This document shows, in pieces, positions 1-6,145 of a stretch of 13,634 nucleotides of DNA. How positions within the stretch are numbered: the first letter of the stretch is position 1; every line of letters begins with the position of its first letter. This stretch comes from Armatimonadota bacterium. GTDB lineage: Bacteria; Vulcanimicrobiota; JACPDS01; JBDRKI01. A program made the translations under genes and the position numbers. The stretch is taken from positions 1-13,634 of the forward strand of contig JBDRKI010000076.1 of assembly GCA_043814095.1 (NCBI GenBank), written 5' to 3'. The notes under the pieces are model-generated. The model saw only the letters and a program-made list of their open reading frames with translations, had not been told where the DNA came from and searched no databases.

Positions 1-106
1 TGCGCATAATCTCAGAAACAGGCTTTTTAGAGGCAGATTTACCTGCTTCTATATCGCCTAAACCCGTATTTAACGGTAAGTTGGATCTTATTCTGCCTAT
101 ATCCAT
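1..106 (-). CDS. 5' part of a hypothetical protein running off the left edge (MDIGRIRSNLPLNTGLGDIEAGKSASKKPVSEIMR...)
   Basis: ATG at 106-104 preceded by AAGAGG on the minus strand. Frame is open to position 1 by manual translation. Not in the ORF track because it is truncated. Confidence 0.7.
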   Translation of the reverse strand, partial: MDIGRIRSNLPLNTGLGDIEAGKSASKKPVSEIMR

Positions 107-110
107 ATAA

Positions 111-153
111 AAAACCTCTTACTTTAATTATATCTTATAAACTAAGAGGTTTT
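111..153 (-). terminator. Hairpin with U-tract downstream of the HEAT gene, overlapping the RBS of the next gene
   Basis: Perfect 11-bp inverted repeat AAAACCTCTTA (111-121) / TAAGAGGTTTT (143-153). Minus strand reads ...TAAGAGGTTTTTTAT-ATG. Confidence 0.5.
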
Positions 154-191
154 GTTAAGAATTTGTTAACAAAATGTTAACTTTTTGTTAA
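153..191. promoter_or_regulatory. Array of four TGTTAA (TTAACA on minus) hexamers at 11-bp period; probable OmpR/PhoB-family response regulator site
   Basis: TGTTAA starts at 153, 164, 175 and 186. A TATAAT lies downstream on the minus strand (127-132). Confidence 0.65.
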
Positions 192-235
192 CTTTCATTA
201 TACGGATCTTTTTGCTTAAATTTATGGGATATTTC

Positions 236-1840
236 TTATCTTGCCTTTATAATCACAAGCTTTTTTAATACTTTCCTTGCGGCTTTTTTTAAATCATCTT
301 CCTCATAATCATCATTCTTTATGCTATTAAGAGCCTTTATCGAGTCTTTGTTAAAACGGCCTATTTTACCCAGACTTTCTACTGCCGCTACACGCAGATC
401 TATATATTCATCTTTATTCTCTATTATCTTTACAAGATGAGGCACTGCCATCATGGCTCCGGGCCCTATATTCCCCAGAGATTCAACTGACGCTATGCGC
501 ACACTCATCATCTCATCATCCAGCAACTTTATAAGAGGGTTAACGGCTGGCAATCCCTTTTTGCCCAGTTTCCCTATAAGTCTCGCCGATGTAAGGCGCA
601 TGGCCGTATCTTTCACTCTAAGCGCGGCAATAAGGATATGGAGAGCTCTAACGCCCATCTTCCCCAATGCATAAAATGCGGCTTCGCGCATATACCTGTC
701 TTCGGCGCAGCTTGCCAAATTTAAAAGATTAACAACATCTGTCTCTGTTTCAAAAGGAGGCATCTTCTTTAATGTCTTTCCGGCCAGAGCGCGTATCCAT
801 TTATTTTTATCATTGTTTTTAATATTTATAAGGGTAAGTATTGAGTAAACATCTTTAGATTTTAATCTCCCTATAACTTCAACCGCTTCCCTGCGGACGG
901 CTGCACAGTGTTCTGCTTTTGTAAAGAGAATAATATAATGCACGGCCTTATCTTTTAGATTAGCATCTGTATTTGAGAGAACTTCAGCAATCTCTAAATA
1001 CCTTAATTTATAACTCTTCATTTCTTCTTCGCTGCAAAAAGCATAAGGGTTAGATTTAGAGGTTTTTAAAATGTCCATGAGTATAGAAGCTGTAAGCTTT
1101 TTTGATGCAGGATTTAATTTTATTAAATACATAGCGGCGGTTGCTTTTACTTGCTCATCCCCGAATAAGAATTCTCTTCTAATTATGCCGAGCGCATAAC
1201 TTCTTAAAGAAGGATCTATTCTGCCCATCGCCCATGCGGCTAAAATACGTATACGCGCATCTTTATCAGATGAGGCTTTTTTAAGCACAGTTACAGCTTT
1301 TTTTGCATTTGAACCTATATAGCCCAGCGCCAGAATTGCCGGACCGTAAAGTCCTTTTTCCTTATGTTTAACCATATTCATAAGAGAAGGCACTGCTTCT
1401 TCCGCTCCCTCTCCCATCCTGGCCAGAGCTACAATCACCTTCCCGCGCATAATCAGATCCCTGTCATTATCAAGAACGCATATAAGAGCAGGTACTGCTT
1501 TTTTTGCATCAGGGCCCATTGATATTAACGCTTCCATTACTGTTCTGCGCAGTATTACACTTCTGTGTTTTAATGCTTGGGTGAGCTCTGGAATTATAAC
1601 TTCCCCGAATCCGGCTAATTCCCATGCATAATTGAGCATCGTCTCTTCTGTTACTTCACCCATCGTGCTTAAAAATACATTTTCACCCAATTTTTCTATG
1701 CTCTTAATTATTTTTTTTGCTCTTTCCAATACCATAATACGCTTAGCTGTATCTTTTGCGGCTTCACGCCTGGCATCAATAAAAACTCTGCTATTACTAC
1801 CGTAAACAGAACCGGATATGTTATTTAAGTTGGGATCCAT
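236..1840 (-). CDS. HEAT repeat (PBS lyase HEAT-like) protein, 534 aa
   Basis: Recurring helical motifs MGPDAKKAVPAL, MGEGAEEAVPSL, IGSNAKKAVTVL, LGKKGLPAVNPL, IGPGAMMAVPHL and R..A...LG.IG. RBS AAGGTGA upstream. Confidence 0.9.
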   Translation of the reverse strand: MDPNLNNISGSVYGSNSRVFIDARREAAKDTAKRIMVLERAKKIIKSIEKLGENVFLSTMGEVTEETMLNYAWELAGFGEVIIPELTQALKHRSVILRRTVMEALISMGPDAKKAVPALICVLDNDRDLIMRGKVIVALARMGEGAEEAVPSLMNMVKHKEKGLYGPAILALGYIGSNAKKAVTVLKKASSDKDARIRILAAWAMGRIDPSLRSYALGIIRREFLFGDEQVKATAAMYLIKLNPASKKLTASILMDILKTSKSNPYAFCSEEEMKSYKLRYLEIAEVLSNTDANLKDKAVHYIILFTKAEHCAAVRREAVEVIGRLKSKDVYSILTLINIKNNDKNKWIRALAGKTLKKMPPFETETDVVNLLNLASCAEDRYMREAAFYALGKMGVRALHILIAALRVKDTAMRLTSARLIGKLGKKGLPAVNPLIKLLDDEMMSVRIASVESLGNIGPGAMMAVPHLVKIIENKDEYIDLRVAAVESLGKIGRFNKDSIKALNSIKNDDYEEDDLKKAARKVLKKLVIIKAR

Positions 1841-1882
1841 AATATCACCTTAATTATATCTTAACATTATATTACGGAAAAA

Positions 1883-1906
1883 TTGTTAACAAAATGTTAA
1901 CTTTTT
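1883..1906. promoter_or_regulatory. 24-bp element identical to 163-186 (TTGTTAACAAAATGTTAACTTTTT), upstream of the HEAT gene
   Basis: Exact repeat seen in the sequence, with TGTTAA at 1884 and 1895. TATAAT on the minus strand at 1866-1871 and 1853-1858. Confidence 0.65.
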
Positions 1907-1928
1907 ATACCTTATGGGCGTAATAATA

Positions 1929-1967
1929 TAATTAAAAGAGAACTTTTTAAAAGCTCTCTTTTAATTA
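1929..1967 (-). terminator. Intrinsic terminator after pilT
   Basis: Minus strand TAATTAAAAGAGAGCTTT-TAA-AAAGTTCTCTTTTAATTA. The single mismatch is a G-U pair only in the minus transcript, and the 3' side is T-rich. Confidence 0.75.
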
Positions 1968-1990
1968 ACCTTTTATTTATTTTACAATGT

Positions 1991-3076
1991 TTATTGAATA
2001 AGAAGATTTAATTCTTCAGGCGCGCTTGATTTAGACATCGCGGCCTCTTTCGTGATAAGGCCTTCCCTTACGAATTTTTGTAGAGATGAATTTAAACTCT
2101 GCATCCCGGACTGTCCGCCTGACTGAATCATATTCATAATCTGGTGGGTTTTGCCTTCTCTTATCATATTCTTCACGCCCGGTACGCCTATAAGTATCTC
2201 CATGGCGCAGATCCTGCCGTGGCCTTCTTTTTTAGGCACCAGTGTCTGTGATACCACGCCTTCCAAAGTTGTTGAAAGCTGCATCCTTATCTGCTGCTGC
2301 TGGCCAGAAGGGAATACGTCTATGACCCTGTCCACGGTTGAAGACGCGCTTGTTGTGTGAAGTGTGCCGAAAACAAGGTGTCCTGTTTCGGCGGCCGTTA
2401 CCGCAAGGGAGATTGTTTCTAAATCCCTCATCTCTCCCACAAGTATAACATCCGGGTCTTGTCTTAAAACATGCTTTAGGGCTTCAGCGAAAGATAATGT
2501 GTCAGTTCCAAGTTCTCTCTGCCTTACTATGCTTTTCTGGCTTTTATGCAGGAACTCAATGGGATCTTCTATTGTAACAATATGCTCGTTCCTGTTTCTG
2601 TTGATATAGTCTATCATGGCGGCCAGCGTGGTTGACTTACCGCTTCCCGTGGGGCCTGTAACAAGAACAAGCCCTCTGGGACGGTCACAGAGCTCCTGTA
2701 TAACAGGCGGCAGATTAAGCTCTTCTAAAGTTAACGGCCTTGAAGGTATGGATCTAAATACCCCGCCGAGGGTCCCTCTCTGGAATAAGAGATTCCCCCT
2801 GAAGCGGGAGACACCGGGAAGACTGTATGAAAAATCAAATTCCCTGTCCTTTTCAAACTTATTTATCTGGTCTTCCGTTAGAACTTTATAAAGGATCCCT
2901 CTTAATGCGTCATTGCTTAATGCCTCATGGCCTTCTATCGGCAGAAGCTGGCCGTCCACCCTTATGCTCGGAGGGCTTCCTACGGCAAGATGAAGATCAG
3001 AAGCTTTTTTATCAACCATTTCTTTTAAAAGAATATCTAACGTCACCGTTCCTGTTGCAACTCCGTCTGTTGACAT
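1991..3076 (-). CDS. pilT: Type IV pilus retraction ATPase PilT
   Basis: ASDLHL, Walker A GPTGSGKST, TIEDPIE, LRQDPDVILVGEMRD, AAETGHLVFGTLH, and GVKNMIRE (variant of AIRNLIRE). Start reassigned to ATG 3076 (MSTDG...) because GGAGG precedes it. Confidence 0.93.
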   Translation of the reverse strand: MSTDGVATGTVTLDILLKEMVDKKASDLHLAVGSPPSIRVDGQLLPIEGHEALSNDALRGILYKVLTEDQINKFEKDREFDFSYSLPGVSRFRGNLLFQRGTLGGVFRSIPSRPLTLEELNLPPVIQELCDRPRGLVLVTGPTGSGKSTTLAAMIDYINRNRNEHIVTIEDPIEFLHKSQKSIVRQRELGTDTLSFAEALKHVLRQDPDVILVGEMRDLETISLAVTAAETGHLVFGTLHTTSASSTVDRVIDVFPSGQQQQIRMQLSTTLEGVVSQTLVPKKEGHGRICAMEILIGVPGVKNMIREGKTHQIMNMIQSGGQSGMQSLNSSLQKFVREGLITKEAAMSKSSAPEELNLLIQ

Positions 3077-3159
3077 AATATACCTCCAGTATACATATAA
3101 AAATGGAATAGCATAATAATTCTTGTTAGAGATAAAAGTTCCTGTACAGAGCAATTTTA

Positions 3160-4422
3160 TTAGCTTTTATAATTTAAATTTTCCGCTGTTCTTAAGATAG
3201 CAATAATTGAATGCTCATAAGAAAGGCCGCCCTGCAGGTATGCAATATACGGCTCCTGTACAGGACCGTCAGCTGATAACTCAATTGATGAGCCCTGTGT
3301 GAATGAACCCGAAGCCATAATAATGGGGTTACTGTATCCGGGCTGTAGGTGAGGTTTTAAAAGAGCCTTAGAATCAACAGGAGAATTATTCTGTATGGTC
3401 TGGCAGAATTTAGAAAGAAGCTCTTTATTTCCAAGCTTTACCGCACATATAATATCTGTTCTTTGTTCATTGAATTTAGGGAAAGTCTCATATCCCAGCT
3501 TTTCAAATATATATGAAGCTATAATTGATGATTTAACACAGTTAGCAACAACAGAAGGCGCCATAAAAAGACCCTGATATAATAATCTGTTTGTATTTAA
3601 AGTAGCGCCCAGATTATCTTCCAGGTGAGGGATAGTGTATCTCTTGGCGCATAATTTGACTAGATCTTCCCTACCTGTAATATATCCGCCGCAGGGCGCG
3701 ATGCCGGCGCCGAGATTCTTTATTAACGAGCCCGCGCAGATGTCAACACCCGCTTCGGTCGGCTCTTTTTCTTCAACAAGCTCGCCGTAGCAGTTATCAA
3801 CAAAAACTATGATATCTTCTTTTACGGATTTTATAAATTTTGTTATATCTTCTATTTCTCTTACGGTATTTGACCTTCTGGGCGAATAACCGCACGAGCG
3901 CTGGATAAATACCATTTTTGTTTTATCGTTTATCTCTTTTTTTATCTTTTCTTTGTCAAAATACTTATTATCGATAAGGTCTATCTCTTTATACTCTATA
4001 CCTGAAGCAATTAATGTGCCGGGGGACGATTTATCACCTATAACGTTTGCAAGTGTTTCATATGGTTTTCCGGTTATGCTTATAAAGTTATCACCTGGGG
4101 TAAGTATTCCGTAAAAAACAACGCCTATGGCGTGTGTGCCTGAAACAAAGTTAGCCCTTACAATGCTCTTTTGGGTTTTAAATATATCACAGTATATATC
4201 TTCTAAAGTTTCCCTGCCCGGGTCGCTTAAACCGTATCCGGTTGAACCGTGCAGGTGGTATTCGGAAACTCCCCTTTTTATAAATGAATCCAGTACTTTT
4301 TTCTGGTTATACAGAGATATGTCCTCAATCTGCGAAAATATATCTTTTGTATCTTCTTTTGCCTGAAGATATAGACTATATATCTCACTATCAATATTCA
4401 GATTGTTTTTTGTCTCTAACAT
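3160..4422 (-). CDS. YnbB-like PLP-dependent protein (methionine gamma-lyase / aluminium resistance family)
   Basis: STGYG..D.GR, FVSGTHAI, IQRS.GY, FVDNCYGE, GSLIKNLG (PLP lysine), F.QGSSIELSADGP, YLQGGL. Confidence 0.9.
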   Translation of the reverse strand: MLETKNNLNIDSEIYSLYLQAKEDTKDIFSQIEDISLYNQKKVLDSFIKRGVSEYHLHGSTGYGLSDPGRETLEDIYCDIFKTQKSIVRANFVSGTHAIGVVFYGILTPGDNFISITGKPYETLANVIGDKSSPGTLIASGIEYKEIDLIDNKYFDKEKIKKEINDKTKMVFIQRSCGYSPRRSNTVREIEDITKFIKSVKEDIIVFVDNCYGELVEEKEPTEAGVDICAGSLIKNLGAGIAPCGGYITGREDLVKLCAKRYTIPHLEDNLGATLNTNRLLYQGLFMAPSVVANCVKSSIIASYIFEKLGYETFPKFNEQRTDIICAVKLGNKELLSKFCQTIQNNSPVDSKALLKPHLQPGYSNPIIMASGSFTQGSSIELSADGPVQEPYIAYLQGGLSYEHSIIAILRTAENLNYKS

Positions 4423-4443
4423 TGTAATCCCTGATTATTTAAA

Positions 4444-6129
4444 TTAGTCTTTTATCTGCGCCTGGGCGTATGATCTTGAGACATAAGTAATAATTATCTC
4501 CGCGGTATCTTTTACCTTATTTCCTCCGCCAAGAACTTCAATAATATTGCCTTTATAGAAAGCAACGGCATTCTGGGGATTATTGGGATAAACATCCTCA
4601 AGCCGTACGGTAAGTTGCTGACCAGCTGTTAAAAAAGCAACCCCCTTAATAACGTTAATATCACTGCAGGCGTCTACTTCCATTTTTTCCCTGTGAATGG
4701 CCTCATCAACCCTGAGATAAATATTCTTACCTGTCTCTTTTTCAAGATTTTCAATATCTTCGGCTTCCCACCCTATAAATCTTAACGCGACTTTAGGACT
4801 TACCTTAACTAAAATATCGTTAAAATCTGTATGTTGCGCCTGTCTTTTAACAAGCCTGTTCAAATTTATGGCAAGCGTCTCAAGGGATATCACCTTGCCC
4901 CTGCCGGTACAGTACGGGCAGTCTTCTTTTAAAATCTCGCCAAGTTCCTTACCCGTTCTTTTTCTTGTAACCTGTACAAGGCCCAGCTCCGTCAGTCCCA
5001 CAAGATTTGTCTTTACCCTGTCCTCTTTAAAATGTTCCTCAAGTTTTTTTAAGAGAAGGTCTTTATTTTTCTGCTCTCTCATATCAATAAAATCAATTAT
5101 TATTATGCCTGCTATATCCCTTAAGCGTATCTGGTGAGCTATCTCCTTAGCCGCTTCAAGGTTGGTTTTCAGTATTGTTTTTCCTATATTATCGCGCCCT
5201 ATATACCTTCCGGTATTAACATCAATAACCGTAAGGGCCTCAGTTTTATCTATAATTATATAGCCCCCGGAAGGAAGCCAGACCCTTCTTCTCAATGCCT
5301 TGCCTATCTGATGCTCAACCCCGAAATATTCAAAAATATGCGTGTCTCCCGTGTAAAGTTTTGCTTTATTCTTCAAGCTGGGAGCAATCGTGGAAAGAAG
5401 ATTCTTAACTTTATCAAATTCATCTTTGGAATCTATGTGAAGCTTATTAACCTTATCAACAAAAACATCCCTTATTATTTTATACACGAGGGAAAGATCC
5501 TGATGGATAAGAGCCGGCGCTTTTTTCTTTTTCGCTGTTAAATTTATTTTATTCCACAGTTTAAGTAAAAAAGCAAGATCATTCCTGAGATCCTTCACGC
5601 TTTTGCCTTCCGCCGCGGTGCGTATGATAAGACCCATTGATTTAGGCTTTATCTTTTCCGCTATGCCGATAAGGCGGTTTTTCTCCTCTTCGTCTTCAAT
5701 CTTGCGGGATATGCCCGTATAGCTTACAAAGGGAAGAAGAACAATATATCTACCCGGGAGGCTGACAAGTGTGGTTACCCTGTTTCCTTTGCTTCCCGTG
5801 GATTCTTTTACGACCTGAACCAGTATTTCTTCTTTTACCTTTAATACGTCCTTAATGGATTTACTTTTTTCTTTTATCGTTTCAAGATCTTCGGCTTCAT
5901 CAAGATGGAATTTCGTAACCACGTCGTCCACGCATAAAAACGCGTTTTTCTCAAGCCCTATATCAACAAAAGCGGCCTGCATGCCGGGCAGGACGTTGGT
6001 AACAGTGCCTTTATATATGCTTCCCGACTGTTTATCTCCGCGGGAAACATAGTATTCCGTTAAATGGTTGTTTTCCGTTATCGCCACCCTGTTTTCAAAT
6101 TCATCAACGCTTATTATTATTTCTTTCAT
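4444..6129 (-). CDS. rng: Rne/Rng family ribonuclease (RNase G-like) with probable C-terminal TRAM domain
   Basis: S1 domain IYKGTVTNVLPGMQAAFVDIG, catalytic TEALTVIDVNTG and GIIIIDFIDM, Zn-link CPYCTGRG, and a ~60-aa beta-rich tail. Confidence 0.92.
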   Translation of the reverse strand: MKEIIISVDEFENRVAITENNHLTEYYVSRGDKQSGSIYKGTVTNVLPGMQAAFVDIGLEKNAFLCVDDVVTKFHLDEAEDLETIKEKSKSIKDVLKVKEEILVQVVKESTGSKGNRVTTLVSLPGRYIVLLPFVSYTGISRKIEDEEEKNRLIGIAEKIKPKSMGLIIRTAAEGKSVKDLRNDLAFLLKLWNKINLTAKKKKAPALIHQDLSLVYKIIRDVFVDKVNKLHIDSKDEFDKVKNLLSTIAPSLKNKAKLYTGDTHIFEYFGVEHQIGKALRRRVWLPSGGYIIIDKTEALTVIDVNTGRYIGRDNIGKTILKTNLEAAKEIAHQIRLRDIAGIIIIDFIDMREQKNKDLLLKKLEEHFKEDRVKTNLVGLTELGLVQVTRKRTGKELGEILKEDCPYCTGRGKVISLETLAINLNRLVKRQAQHTDFNDILVKVSPKVALRFIGWEAEDIENLEKETGKNIYLRVDEAIHREKMEVDACSDINVIKGVAFLTAGQQLTVRLEDVYPNNPQNAVAFYKGNIIEVLGGGNKVKDTAEIIITYVSRSYAQAQIKD

Positions 6130-6145
6130 TATTACACTCCGATTT

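Noticed and set aside
153-191. CRISPR array, iterons or DnaA boxes
   Set aside because: Units are 6 bp with 5-bp gaps, there are no spacers and no cas or rep genes, and they do not match TTATCCACA.
3077-3154. N-terminal extension of PilT in the ORF track
   Set aside because: Non-ATG start with no RBS; ATG 3076 has GGAGG and gives a normal PilT length.
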